Assembly: GCA_007693605.1 (NCBI GenBank)
Contig: REDG01000052.1
Coordinates: 1 to 43,391 of the forward strand
Direction: 5' to 3'
DNA from: Bradymonadales bacterium
Lineage (GTDB): Bacteria > Bdellovibrionota > UBA2394
Length of the DNA: 43,391 nucleotides
Shown in pieces: positions 17,936 through 27,140 of the stretch. A model generated the notes under the pieces. The model had not been told where the DNA came from. It ran no database searches and saw only the letters and a program-made list of their open reading frames with translations. Position 1 is the first letter of the stretch. Each line of letters opens with the position of its first letter. A program made the translations under genes and the position numbers.

Positions 17936-18715
17936 TTATTGTCCTGGAACGAATTCATCCTCCCGAAGGTCTTCAGGCCTTGTGGCACCCAGCATGACCA
18001 CTTCCACTCTTCGATTTCGAGAACGACCAGACTCTGTTCGATTGTTCCCCACCGGTCGATAGGGGCCATAGCCCGTGGCGGCGAGCCGCGAAGCAGGAAC
18101 TTGAAACTCATTGATCAAGAGTTTTGTCATGGCTGTTGCACGAAGAACAGACAGATCCCAGTTGTCATAAAACTCCGTTCCCACAATCGGGATGTCGTCC
18201 GTATGACCCTCGACAGCCACCAAGCGATTACTTTCTTTGATGACATCGGCGATGACAGAGATAACGGGGTAGATTTCGCCGGGGATTTCAATCGAATTCG
18301 GTGCGAAGAGGTAGCCGGCTGAGATGCTGATCACAAGCCCTCTTTCGTCAATGATAAATTGAATAGGGCTAGCTTCATCTTGAAAGATGACTTCGTAGCC
18401 GTCCAACTCGAGCTGCTGTCGAATTTCCTCAATCAACTCATCGTCGGTAGGGCTTCGTTTGGTGAGATATCTCTGTCCGAGTGGGGGGTTTCCTTTCAAG
18501 TCAATGATGGCAATCTCTCTTTGTCGTTGGCCCATTCCACGCGTTCCCAAGAAAGCTTCTGAGACGCTTTCACTCACGACATCCATTTTTTCTTCGTCGG
18601 TAATACTGAGCGCATACAGAACGACAAAAAATGCAAACAGGAGAGTCACCATGTCTGCATAGGGAATAATCCAAGCCTCATGATTCTGGTGCTCTTCGTG
18701 CTTCTTCTTCCCCAC
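17936..18715 (-). CDS. motB: Flagellar stator protein MotB (OmpA-like peptidoglycan-binding domain)
   Basis: WIIPYADMVTLLFAFFVVLY with the conserved Asp; VEGHTD, NWDLS..RA, NRRVEV. Start most likely GTG 18715 (MGKKKHEEH). Confidence 0.93.
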   Translation of the reverse strand: MGKKKHEEHQNHEAWIIPYADMVTLLFAFFVVLYALSITDEEKMDVVSESVSEAFLGTRGMGQRQREIAIIDLKGNPPLGQRYLTKRSPTDDELIEEIRQQLELDGYEVIFQDEASPIQFIIDERGLVISISAGYLFAPNSIEIPGEIYPVISVIADVIKESNRLVAVEGHTDDIPIVGTEFYDNWDLSVLRATAMTKLLINEFQVPASRLAATGYGPYRPVGNNRTESGRSRNRRVEVVMLGATRPEDLREDEFVPGQ

Positions 18716-18878
18716 GACTAATAGTACCAAAGCCCATTTCCTCATAAAACAAGTTCCTAGTGGTCCAACCGGTAAATTGTTTCCGTGTTGTGCTGAGACC
18801 CATTTGGGGCGATGCGAGTTAGCTTTGATGCGCTGCAGCCTAGATTTACTCAAATTGCTCTGTGGTGAGTTCTCTGAG

Positions 18879-19925
18879 ATGATAGCAGTGGGGGAGTTTT
18901 TATTGGGCCTTTTTTCGGAGAGAATCGCCATTGATTTGGGCACGACCTATTCCATCGTGGCTCGACAGCACGATGAGGAGTTCCTGAAGATTCCGTCAAC
19001 GGTCGCTTACGACTTGCAGCAAGGAATGCCGATTGCCTTCGGGGAGGAGGCAAAGCGGATGATGGGAAAGTCTCCAGATCGCTATTCTGTCATTTGTCCG
19101 TTGAAGGATGGAGTGATCGCCGACTTTCAGGCCACAAACTCCTATGTCGCATTTTTGTTGTCCGAATCAGCACGCCAAAAGTTTGCTTTGCACTACGATG
19201 TATACCTCTGTTTGCCTTGGGGAGCTACGCCCGTTGAGCTCCGCAGCTATATTCATGGCTTTCGAAGTACTCGTCGGCGAATCAGGATTGTTCGAGAACC
19301 CTTCGCGGCAGCACTCGGCGCAGGTCTTGATGTGTTTCAAGATGAGCCCTCTACAATTGTCGACATGGGAGGGGGAACGACAGAGATTGCAACCATTTCG
19401 AGAGGCTTTATGCTTCACGCAAATACGCTTCGACGAGCCGGAAACTTTTGCGATCAATTGATCACCGATCAGGTGCGAAAACAGATCAAGCTTGAGATTG
19501 GTTTAAGTACGGCCGAGAAAATGAAATTGCAGTACGGCAGTGTTTGGCCGACCGACGAGGACTTGGATGTCGAATTGCGAGGCATGGATCGAGAGAGTGG
19601 ACGGCCTGCCTTAAGGCTCTTTCCGACCGAAGAGCTTCGGGGAATACTGAATGCCTACGCACATTCGGTAGAGGATTTGATTCAATCCCATTTGAGTCGG
19701 CTCTCTCTCGATGCGCGCAGCCGAGTGGCTTCTAACGGGATCTGGTTGGCCGGGGGTACGAGTATGCTGAAGGGCTGGGCTGAACGACTTCAGAGTCGGT
19801 TTCAGATACCCGTTCGCCAGCTCCCAGACCCTCAGCTTGCTGTGATTCAAGGTCTGAAAAAAATCATGCAATCCCCCCACCTCTTTGATCCCCTGCTGCG
19901 AATTTCGTCGCTTGTTGCCAAATAA
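18879..19925 (+). CDS. mreB: MreB/Mbl family actin-like protein (divergent paralogue)
   Basis: IAIDLGT, PLKDGVIADF, EPFAAALGAG, VDMGGGTTEIA, LAGG. No mreC/mreD nearby. Start is 18879 or 18888. Confidence 0.85.
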   Translation: MIAVGEFLLGLFSERIAIDLGTTYSIVARQHDEEFLKIPSTVAYDLQQGMPIAFGEEAKRMMGKSPDRYSVICPLKDGVIADFQATNSYVAFLLSESARQKFALHYDVYLCLPWGATPVELRSYIHGFRSTRRRIRIVREPFAAALGAGLDVFQDEPSTIVDMGGGTTEIATISRGFMLHANTLRRAGNFCDQLITDQVRKQIKLEIGLSTAEKMKLQYGSVWPTDEDLDVELRGMDRESGRPALRLFPTEELRGILNAYAHSVEDLIQSHLSRLSLDARSRVASNGIWLAGGTSMLKGWAERLQSRFQIPVRQLPDPQLAVIQGLKKIMQSPHLFDPLLRISSLVAK

Positions 19926-19973
19926 TCCAAAACAGATGACCCCTTGGCGCTAGCGTGCTATCACTTTCAACCA

Positions 19974-21275
19974 ATGGCTAACAGAAGACGCAGAAATTCA
20001 CGACCCCGTTCAGGATCGCGTGGACCGAGAGCAAGAAGCTCCCGGCCTCGTCAAGGTTCGCAGTCTCGCTATTCCGGGCGCCGAGATCAAAGAAGACGAC
20101 CTGAGCGAGTCGTAGAGCCTCAATTGGAGGTGCAGAAGTCGGGGTTTTGGCCTTGGTCCAAGCCGAAGCTTTCGCCCCTGTTGATGGTGGACGCTCTCCG
20201 CTCTGAGACGGTGGAATGCTTTCCGGCGGTCTTTTACCGATTTCCGGAATTGGCGAGTCGATTGAACTGGGTAAGCCTTCGGGGCCCTCATCAAGAGCCG
20301 CCGCCTCGTCGACTCTCTCGAAGCCAGCATTATTGGGGCCAGCACTACTTCTATCTCAAGGAAGAGAACGACCGAGCGGACTTAATCTTTGAGGGCGATG
20401 CAAGGCGGCTTGAGTTTTGTATGGGAGAACTTCTGGCTCGATCGATCAAAAAACTGGTTCTCTTTGATGAAGCTCGCTCCGGAAGGCCGCTGGCCTGGGC
20501 CCAAGCCTGTAGTCTTTATTCCGTTGAGCTGGATATTCGGCTATTGGGAGAGCCTTCAGAACGGCCTTCAGGCCTCCAGCCCGAAGCCTTTGGGGCGAAG
20601 CTGAGCTTCTATAAGAGCCCGAAGCGTTTTGAATGGGCTGAAAGGATTGCCCGATTAAAGGCCAAAGTTTCGAAGGCTCTCGTCTTGCCGGACCCAGATT
20701 TCGAGCCTCTAGAGGCCTTGGGCTATATTTCTCCCATTATGGATCTGCGGGCAGAAATCGACTCTGGAAATCTTCCTGAGATTGATTTCTTGTTGCTCCC
20801 CGTGCGTTCGGGCTCCGCTTATATTGGCTTTGAGCTTGGCCGAAGATTGTTGGGTTGGAAGTCTTTGCGACTGATTGGCTTGCGAGGGGAGTCAGATCAA
20901 GTTTCAGCGAACGAGCTGTTGCAGCTCTCTCAAGTCTTGGCCAATCGCATGAATGAGTTGAGTCCCTCCTTAAACTTGACTCCCCCCAAAAGCGAGGCCG
21001 AAGTGCAGATCTTTGAACTCGACTCCACGAAGGTGGATCCCGATTTTGTTAAGCGTTTAGGCTATAGAATGTTGGAGCTTGAAGCTTGGGAGATTGATGA
21101 CAGCTTAGAGTCCTATCTTTTGGCGGGGGCTTTGAGTTGGATGAAGTCCCTAAAGGAGGAGTCTTTGAAGATTCTCTTTTGGAGTTTCTCGTCGAGAGCG
21201 CGCCGCCCTTTGGTTTTGCAAAACTTGAAGCCTGGAGCCTTCGAACAGCGTCCGCCGAAGCGAGCCAGGCATTGA
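19974..21275 (+). CDS. Degenerate D-cysteine desulfhydrase/ACC deaminase-like (fold-type II PLP) protein with an Arg/Ser-rich N-terminus
   Basis: YLKEEND...FEGDARRLEF aligns to IKRDD...GGNKxRKLEF; ALGYI, LLPVRSGSAYIG and ILFW follow the family pattern; PLP lysine absent. Confidence 0.7.
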   Translation: MANRRRRNSRPRSGSRGPRARSSRPRQGSQSRYSGRRDQRRRPERVVEPQLEVQKSGFWPWSKPKLSPLLMVDALRSETVECFPAVFYRFPELASRLNWVSLRGPHQEPPPRRLSRSQHYWGQHYFYLKEENDRADLIFEGDARRLEFCMGELLARSIKKLVLFDEARSGRPLAWAQACSLYSVELDIRLLGEPSERPSGLQPEAFGAKLSFYKSPKRFEWAERIARLKAKVSKALVLPDPDFEPLEALGYISPIMDLRAEIDSGNLPEIDFLLLPVRSGSAYIGFELGRRLLGWKSLRLIGLRGESDQVSANELLQLSQVLANRMNELSPSLNLTPPKSEAEVQIFELDSTKVDPDFVKRLGYRMLELEAWEIDDSLESYLLAGALSWMKSLKEESLKILFWSFSSRARRPLVLQNLKPGAFEQRPPKRARH

Positions 21276-21293
21276 GTTCAGAGGTCGGATAGA

Positions 21294-21311
21294 TCGATGG
21301 AGCTCCATCGA
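21294..21311. repeat. Perfect 18-bp palindrome between convergent genes
   Basis: TCGATGGAGCTCCATCGA is its own reverse complement; no U-tract on either side. Confidence 0.85.
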
Positions 21312-21338
21312 CTTCGCTAGTCTGGCACTTCCGTCTCC

Positions 21339-21364
21339 CGACCCCTTCTAGCGACCCCTTCTAG
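21339..21364. repeat. 13-bp tandem duplication overlapping the EAL gene stop codon
   Basis: CGACCCCTTCTAG twice (21339-21351, 21352-21364). Confidence 0.85.
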
Positions 21365-22683
21365 CGGGGTTTGACATTGATTTGAGTCTTCGGAGGAAGA
21401 AGATTGGCTTCGGGGCGGCCTAGAAGGAAGCCCTGGCCATAGTCGCAGCCTTGCTGTCGAACCACTTCAAGCTCTTCTTCCTTCTCAATTCCCTCTACTA
21501 GAATCTTGGCCCCAATTTTTCGAGAGATATCAGAAATCGCTTTCAGAAGCTCCAGTTTGACCGAGTTCTCGTGAATGTCTCGAATAATGGAAAGATCCAC
21601 CTTCACATATTGAGGCCGTAGATTTGCGATAGCCTCAAGGCTGCCGTAACCTGAGCCAATATCGTCTACAGCCAAACCGAAGCCCAGGCTTGAGAAGTAA
21701 TCTTGCTCTTTACGAAACAAACCATAGTTTTCAATCGCAACTCGTTCCGTCACTTCGAAAACGATATTGTTCCCCTCGAGTCCATTGCTCTTCAGAAGTT
21801 GTGCAAGAGCTTCTCCTCGAAACTCTGGGTCGTGCATCGTGGCCGGAAAGGTATTCACAAAGAGTTTCTGATGTGCGCCCAGGCCCTTGATGTTCATCAG
21901 GGCCTTTCTTCTACAAAGTCGATCGAGTTCAAAAGACAGGTTCGTCTTGTCGGCCACACCAAAGAGCATCAAGGGGCTCTCCATCGCACTGCCCTCAGGC
22001 CCTCGGGTGAGGGCTTCGTAGGCAAAAATCTCGCCTGTGCGTAGATCGACAATGGGCTGATAAACTGTGCGAATGTTTTCTTCGATAATGATCTCTTTCA
22101 GAGACTCATGGACTTGCACCATGAAGCGGTCTCCGTTAAATCGAGCAACCGATCGCCCCTGTTCAATGAGGCGGTAAACGGTTCGTTCAACAGAAAGCAA
22201 TGGGTTAAAGACAGTATAAGAGTAGCCGATGTCTGCTTTTAATATTTTCTTAGTGTAGGGAAAGGTGATCTGAAAAATTTTGGCGTTCAATGAGCTTGCG
22301 AAGCGGTCAATGATGAGCTGAAGATTGTCCATCTTCAGAAAGTTTGAGTATTCTCCCCTTTGGCCCGACAAAAACAGCAGGAAGTTTTCGTCGTTCTGGT
22401 TCCTTGAGCAGAGAATGTCGTCCTCTCGAATCAGATGCCCCTTCAGCTGGCTAATCGTCTCGATGGTTTGATCCAGAACTTCGTTGTAGAGGGTTTGACC
22501 ATAATCGTATTCAATCTTTCCCAGGTCGGATGCGTCGATATAGATCAATCCGAGAGCCTTACTCTCTGTAAGAGTCTGAGCCAATTTGGGCATATACTGA
22601 CAAAAGGGGTGAAGACCTAAGGCTGAGGCCTCGGCTTCGGCTGCTCCGGACGATCTGTTCCTCCGATTCGGCTTTTGACTCAC
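21361..22683 (-). CDS. EAL-domain c-di-GMP phosphodiesterase with a degenerate GGDEF-like N-terminal domain
   Basis: YQPIV, YEALTR, FVN, FEVTE, VDDIGSGY, VKVD, VEGIE, QGF are all intact. The N-terminal YID...YG...RNQNDENF region follows GGDEF layout without the motif. GGGGGAG RBS before GTG. Confidence 0.9.
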   Translation of the reverse strand: MSQKPNRRNRSSGAAEAEASALGLHPFCQYMPKLAQTLTESKALGLIYIDASDLGKIEYDYGQTLYNEVLDQTIETISQLKGHLIREDDILCSRNQNDENFLLFLSGQRGEYSNFLKMDNLQLIIDRFASSLNAKIFQITFPYTKKILKADIGYSYTVFNPLLSVERTVYRLIEQGRSVARFNGDRFMVQVHESLKEIIIEENIRTVYQPIVDLRTGEIFAYEALTRGPEGSAMESPLMLFGVADKTNLSFELDRLCRRKALMNIKGLGAHQKLFVNTFPATMHDPEFRGEALAQLLKSNGLEGNNIVFEVTERVAIENYGLFRKEQDYFSSLGFGLAVDDIGSGYGSLEAIANLRPQYVKVDLSIIRDIHENSVKLELLKAISDISRKIGAKILVEGIEKEEELEVVRQQGCDYGQGFLLGRPEANLLPPKTQINVKPR

Positions 22684-22934
22684 GAACTACACTCCCCCAG
22701 TCTTTAAGCTCAGGCGCACGAGAAGCCCCACCCAACGGCCGTTTAGATACCCACCGCCCTGAAACTCTCTCAAATTCTAGTCTATCTTAAAACTCTGCCG
22801 CTGGGCAGCCCTCTAGAATCTCCCCCAAACCTCATTCTGAAGACAGGCTTTCGGGGCGTCAAACGGCAAAGACAAAATTCTCATAAGCTTGAAATTCTTC
22901 ACATTTTGTTCAAAATCCGCTCTGATAGGGCTGC

Positions 22935-24392
22935 ATGTCTTTAAGAGTTTTTCTTCGCATGGGCTGCGCAAAGTGTAGCCACTCCGCATTAGTTTGCGGC
23001 TTAGTTTTCTGCACTTCAATTTTTTTGAGTCTGGCCCTACATCTTCCGCTCGGCTTTGCAGAAGAGCTCAGTCCGGAGATCGAACCGAGGCTTTACAGCC
23101 TTTCTGAGTTGATTCAATTGGCGGAACAAAACGAAGCTTTGTCGGCTCAGATCTCTGCAGAAGCTCGACTCGCTCGAGCAAAAAGACGGCAAGTCGAGAT
23201 GGAGTTGTGGATGAACCAGTTGGACCTTAGAGTCTTGGGGGGAGTAGTGCCGGATGCGCGAGTCGATCGATCGAGTGCCGATGCCTTTCTCTTTGATTTT
23301 CAGTCGAGCGATTTTCAGAATGGCTTCTCTTTTAGTGAGTTGGGTCCTTTCGTCTCAATGGAGTTGAGGGCGGTGCAGCCCGTTTATACTTTCGGAAAGA
23401 TCTCGGGCTATCGTGATATGGCAGACGCGAATGTGCGGCTGACTCAGGTCGATCAAAAGAAAGAGCTGGTGACGACTCGGCAAATGTTGAGAAAGGCGGT
23501 CTACACATTGCAGCTTTCGCTGGAGGCCAAGTCACTACTGACCGATGTCAGAAATCGACTCAACCAAGCGGAAGAAAAAGTGGAGGAGTTGCTTTTGGAA
23601 GGGGCCGAAAATGTGGAAGAAACGGACCGCCTGAAAATCGGTGTGTTTCGGGCTGATGTGGAAACCAGGGCTCTTGATGCCTTAAGAGGAGAGCGAGTGG
23701 CTCGAGCTGGAATTGAAGAGCTCACCGGAGTTTCAGGAAACTGGGAACTGAGCCAAATGCGTCTAGAGGCCGAGCAACTGAGCAGCCTATCTTGGGAGAA
23801 TCTTTGGGCCAGGGTGATTGAAGGTCGGCCAGAGATTCAAAAGATTGATCAGTTTATCGAAGTCAAGCTCGCTGAGAGAAAGACGATTCGTGCCGACCTC
23901 TATCCGGACCTCTTTGTGGCCGGAGAGCTTCAGTTTGCTCGAGCACCTGGCAGAGATCGAGTGAAGCACCCCTATTTGAGCGACAACTTTAATCGCTTTC
24001 AAGGGGGGGTCGCTTTCGGACTGCAGCAGGATTTGGGCTTTCATCGCACCCTGAATCGGTTACAGCAAGTGGACGCTGAAATCGCTCGTGTGAGGGCTCA
24101 GAGGGTGCGGCTTCTCTCCTTGACGAGGGTGCAGGCAGAGGAGGCCTTCGAAAGAGCCTACTCGGCCCGGCGAGGCATTCAGATCAATGAGGAGGGCTTT
24201 CGATCGGCTCGAAGTTGGCTGACTTCGACAGGCCTCGCTTTCAGCCTGGGAACGGCCCCAACCAAAGATGTTTTGGAGTCTTATGCGGCTTACTTCAAGG
24301 CTCGCTTTGATTTGCTTCGGAGCACTTTTGAGCTCAACAGCTCACTTTCGGAGCTTTCGAGCTTGGCCGGTGTCGACATTTTGGGGGAGTGA
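22935..24392 (+). CDS. TolC family outer-membrane efflux protein
   Basis: QPVYTFGKI, RPEI, YPDL, helical repeats and a C-terminal DVLES...ELSSLAG pattern; signal-peptide-like N-terminus (exact start uncertain). Confidence 0.85.
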   Translation: MSLRVFLRMGCAKCSHSALVCGLVFCTSIFLSLALHLPLGFAEELSPEIEPRLYSLSELIQLAEQNEALSAQISAEARLARAKRRQVEMELWMNQLDLRVLGGVVPDARVDRSSADAFLFDFQSSDFQNGFSFSELGPFVSMELRAVQPVYTFGKISGYRDMADANVRLTQVDQKKELVTTRQMLRKAVYTLQLSLEAKSLLTDVRNRLNQAEEKVEELLLEGAENVEETDRLKIGVFRADVETRALDALRGERVARAGIEELTGVSGNWELSQMRLEAEQLSSLSWENLWARVIEGRPEIQKIDQFIEVKLAERKTIRADLYPDLFVAGELQFARAPGRDRVKHPYLSDNFNRFQGGVAFGLQQDLGFHRTLNRLQQVDAEIARVRAQRVRLLSLTRVQAEEAFERAYSARRGIQINEEGFRSARSWLTSTGLAFSLGTAPTKDVLESYAAYFKARFDLLRSTFELNSSLSELSSLAGVDILGE

Positions 24393-24510
24393 GTCTCTGC
24401 GGGGGGCAGGAGCTTCACAAGTCTCGGTAATTCCAGAAGCTTGCACGAAGATGTTATTTTTGTCTTAGAGGTTGCCAATTTGAGATTCTCGGTTGTAGAA
24501 AGGCTCGTCT

Positions 24511-25635
24511 ATGCAAACGAGTCCGTCTTCAACAGGAAAGATCCGTCTGGCAATTGTCGGGGTTGGAAACTGTGCGAGTTCTTTAGTTCAAGGTATTCAA
24601 TATTATCGAGAGGCTCCGCCCGAGGTGAGAGATCAACACTTGGGCCTCATGCACTACGATTTGGGTGGTTACACTCCTGAATCCATCGAAGTGGTGGCCG
24701 CTTTTGATGTCGATAAAAGAAAAGTGGGCCAGCCTCTGGAAAAGGCCATTTTTGCCCTACCCAATTGCACCACTCAGATTGTGAATGAGTTGAAGCCAAC
24801 GGGGGTGAAGGTTCAAATGGGGGTTCCTCATGATGGGGTCTCTGATCATATGAAGGATTTCGCCGAGCACAGAGCCTTTCGGCTGTCGAGTGAGCAACCC
24901 GTGGATGTGGTTCAGGCCTTGAAGGACTCTCGAGCCGAGGTGTTAATCTGTTATCTTCCGGTGGGCAGTGAGGAAGCCGTTCAGTTTTATGCCCAATGTT
25001 GTTTAGAGGCAAAAGTCGCGATGGTGAATTGTATGCCCGTCTTTATTGCCTCTCGTGAGGACTGGGCTGAAAAGTTTAAGGCCGCTGGCCTTCCCATTGT
25101 GGGGGATGACATTAAATCTCAAGTCGGCGCAACCATTGTGCATCGCGTTTTGACAAAACTCTTCTCAGATCGAGGAGTTCAGTTAAAGCGGACCTATCAG
25201 CTGAATACCGGTGGGAATACGGATTTCTTAAATATGCTGAATCACAATCGGCTCAAGTCCAAGAAGATTTCAAAGACCGCTGCGGTTCAGAGCCAGCTCC
25301 CTGTTCCTCTCGACCCAGACAATATTCATATTGGGCCTTCAGACTATGTGCCGTGGCAGAACGACAACAAGGTTTGTTTTCTAAGAATGGAAGGGGAAGG
25401 CTTCGCCGGGGTGCCTTTGCATTTGGAAATGCGATTGAGCGTGGAAGACTCTCCGAATTCAGCGGGGGTGGCCATTGAAGCCATTCGATGTGCCAAACTG
25501 GCCTTAGATCGCAAAGTCTCTGGCCCTTTGTACTCCATTTCCTCTTATACGATGAAGCATCCTCCCGTTCAATATCCGGACTCTGAGGCCTATCAGCGAG
25601 TTGAGGACTTCATTGCTGGAAAAATCGAAGTCTAG
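24511..25635 (+). CDS. ino1: myo-inositol-1(3)-phosphate synthase
   Basis: AIVGVGNCASSLVQG, YLPVGS, GDDIKSQVGATI, YQLNTGGNTDFLN, SKKISKT, DSPNSAG. Confidence 0.96.
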   Translation: MQTSPSSTGKIRLAIVGVGNCASSLVQGIQYYREAPPEVRDQHLGLMHYDLGGYTPESIEVVAAFDVDKRKVGQPLEKAIFALPNCTTQIVNELKPTGVKVQMGVPHDGVSDHMKDFAEHRAFRLSSEQPVDVVQALKDSRAEVLICYLPVGSEEAVQFYAQCCLEAKVAMVNCMPVFIASREDWAEKFKAAGLPIVGDDIKSQVGATIVHRVLTKLFSDRGVQLKRTYQLNTGGNTDFLNMLNHNRLKSKKISKTAAVQSQLPVPLDPDNIHIGPSDYVPWQNDNKVCFLRMEGEGFAGVPLHLEMRLSVEDSPNSAGVAIEAIRCAKLALDRKVSGPLYSISSYTMKHPPVQYPDSEAYQRVEDFIAGKIEV

Positions 25636-26353
25636 TGAACATCATCCCGCCTCTCTTTCTGCGGACTCGAAAGAGGTAGAAGCGGGTCGGCTCTCCGGCC
25701 GTTCGCCGCTCTCATCTGGGATAGGGCGATTCTTTGTTTTGCGCTTGGCCCGACCTCTTGAAGACTTTCTGGTCAGAATGGAAGTGGCACCCAACTGGAT
25801 TTCGGCCTTGGGTCTTTTTATCACCTTGTTTGGATGTTTTCTTTGGGCCGTTGGCTGGCTGGCTTCTGGGGCCATCTTGATCTTGTTCGGAGGGGCCTTT
25901 GATTTTTTGGATGGCAGGGTGGCAAGGCGTCGGCAGTTGGCCAGCAGAGAGGGGGCCTTTCTCGACTCCGTTTTAGATCGAGTCATGGATGCCGGCCTTT
26001 TCTTTGCCTTGGCCTTCTATTTTCGAGACTCTTGGGTTCTATGGGTCTGTCTTGTGGCCTTTTTGGGTTCAAGCCTGACACCCTATGTCCGAGCCAAGGC
26101 GGAGAGTCTGGGGGTCGAGTCCAAAGATGGCTTGGTGCAGCGCCCTGAGAGAATTGTGATTCTTGCTCTGGGGGCTCTGCTGAGCGCCCTGCTCCGTGAA
26201 TTGGGCCTTCTCTTTGAGTCTCAAGCCTTGCAAGAACTTGGAGCATGGAGCCTGATCGCAGCCCTTGGTCTTTTGGCGATCCTTTCCAATCATGTCGCTT
26301 TAAAGAGAGCAAGAAGCTGCTTCAGAGAGCTGCAAGGCAAGTCTTTAAATTGA
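25601..26353 (+). CDS. CDP-alcohol phosphatidyltransferase, phosphatidylinositol-phosphate synthase-like
   Basis: Signature DFLDGRVAR...GAFLDSVLDR, plus PNWIS, YVRAKAESLG and QRPER; multiple TM helices. Start codon uncertain and may lie further downstream. Confidence 0.88.
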   Translation: MRTSLLEKSKSSEHHPASLSADSKEVEAGRLSGRSPLSSGIGRFFVLRLARPLEDFLVRMEVAPNWISALGLFITLFGCFLWAVGWLASGAILILFGGAFDFLDGRVARRRQLASREGAFLDSVLDRVMDAGLFFALAFYFRDSWVLWVCLVAFLGSSLTPYVRAKAESLGVESKDGLVQRPERIVILALGALLSALLRELGLLFESQALQELGAWSLIAALGLLAILSNHVALKRARSCFRELQGKSLN

Positions 26354-26378
26354 AGGCCATGGCTGATAAGATCAAGGG

Positions 26379-27140
26379 ATGCACTTAGTAGCCATTCTGA
26401 TTTCCGCCTTGGTCCTTCAGGCTTCCGGTGGAAGAACTCTCGAAAGCAGCAGAGAGGAGACCCAGGCCGTTGCCATCGAGGGCTCTCAGATATTTCGGAA
26501 GGCTTTTGAGTTTGAGAAGACTTCAGCCACCGGCTTCGTTTTAGAACGGCTGCTTGAGCTTGAACGAGTGATCCGACAAGAGAACAATTCTTCTGGACCC
26601 CTTGTGGCAAAACAAGATGAAGAGATTCGAAGGCTTGTCTCGCAAGTTTTGGATTTGGAGTCCATCGGAAACTTTGCTTTAGGTCGGCACTATCAGCCCC
26701 TGCAAGAAACAGAGTTAGGCAAGAAGCGTTATGCTGAATACATTTCGGTTTTCAGACGGCTCGTTGAAGAGAATTATCTTGAAAGTGCCAGGCGCTACCT
26801 TGGCGGCAATCATGAAATCAGTTTTCGTTCCGAGACAAAGACGGTGGTTCGTGAAGAGAGTTTTGAAATCGTTGAGGCCTCGATTCGCCAACCCGATGTA
26901 GACTTGGTTTTGCAGTTTTTTGTCGTGCAAGAAGAAGGAAAGCGAAAGATTGTCGACATCAGGCTCGATGCAACCTCTCTCAGAGAGACTTATCGGGGGT
27001 CCTTCAACAGAATCATCAATCCGAGAGTTCGAGAAGCGAAGAACCAGGAAGAGGGCCGTATGGCAGGGCTTTCGGAGCTGATTGAAGCCATGTCCAATCG
27101 TTTGGCCGAACTGCAATCGGGGGGAGCGACTCGCCTGTGA
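26379..27140 (+). CDS. MlaC/Ttg2D-like periplasmic lipid-binding protein
   Basis: LDLESIGNFALGRHY...F..LVE.NY...KIVDI.LD..SLRETYRGSF..II; signal peptide. Confidence 0.8.
   Translation: MHLVAILISALVLQASGGRTLESSREETQAVAIEGSQIFRKAFEFEKTSATGFVLERLLELERVIRQENNSSGPLVAKQDEEIRRLVSQVLDLESIGNFALGRHYQPLQETELGKKRYAEYISVFRRLVEENYLESARRYLGGNHEISFRSETKTVVREESFEIVEASIRQPDVDLVLQFFVVQEEGKRKIVDIRLDATSLRETYRGSFNRIINPRVREAKNQEEGRMAGLSELIEAMSNRLAELQSGGATRL

Noticed and set aside
17536..18062. ORFs 17536-17856(-), 17657-17863(-) and 17721-18062(+), plus mirrored peptides MSFESSRWG/MSFESIRWG
   Set aside because: No recognisable motifs or RBS. The mirrored peptides simply follow from the inverted repeat. Coding function is unsupported, although not excluded.
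18716..18943. Apparent head-to-head overlap of motB (track start 18943) and mreB (track start 18777)
   Set aside because: An artefact of longest-ORF calling; family homology begins at about 18715 and 18879, leaving a normal divergent gap.
19944..19960. Possible sigma54 site TTGGCGCTAGCGTGCTA
   Set aside because: GG-to-GC spacing is 9 nt rather than the required 10.
24511..26353. Di-myo-inositol-phosphate (DIP) compatible-solute pathway
   Set aside because: It requires an inositol-phosphate cytidylyltransferase (often fused to the transferase), which is not in the window. Disfavoured, not excluded.
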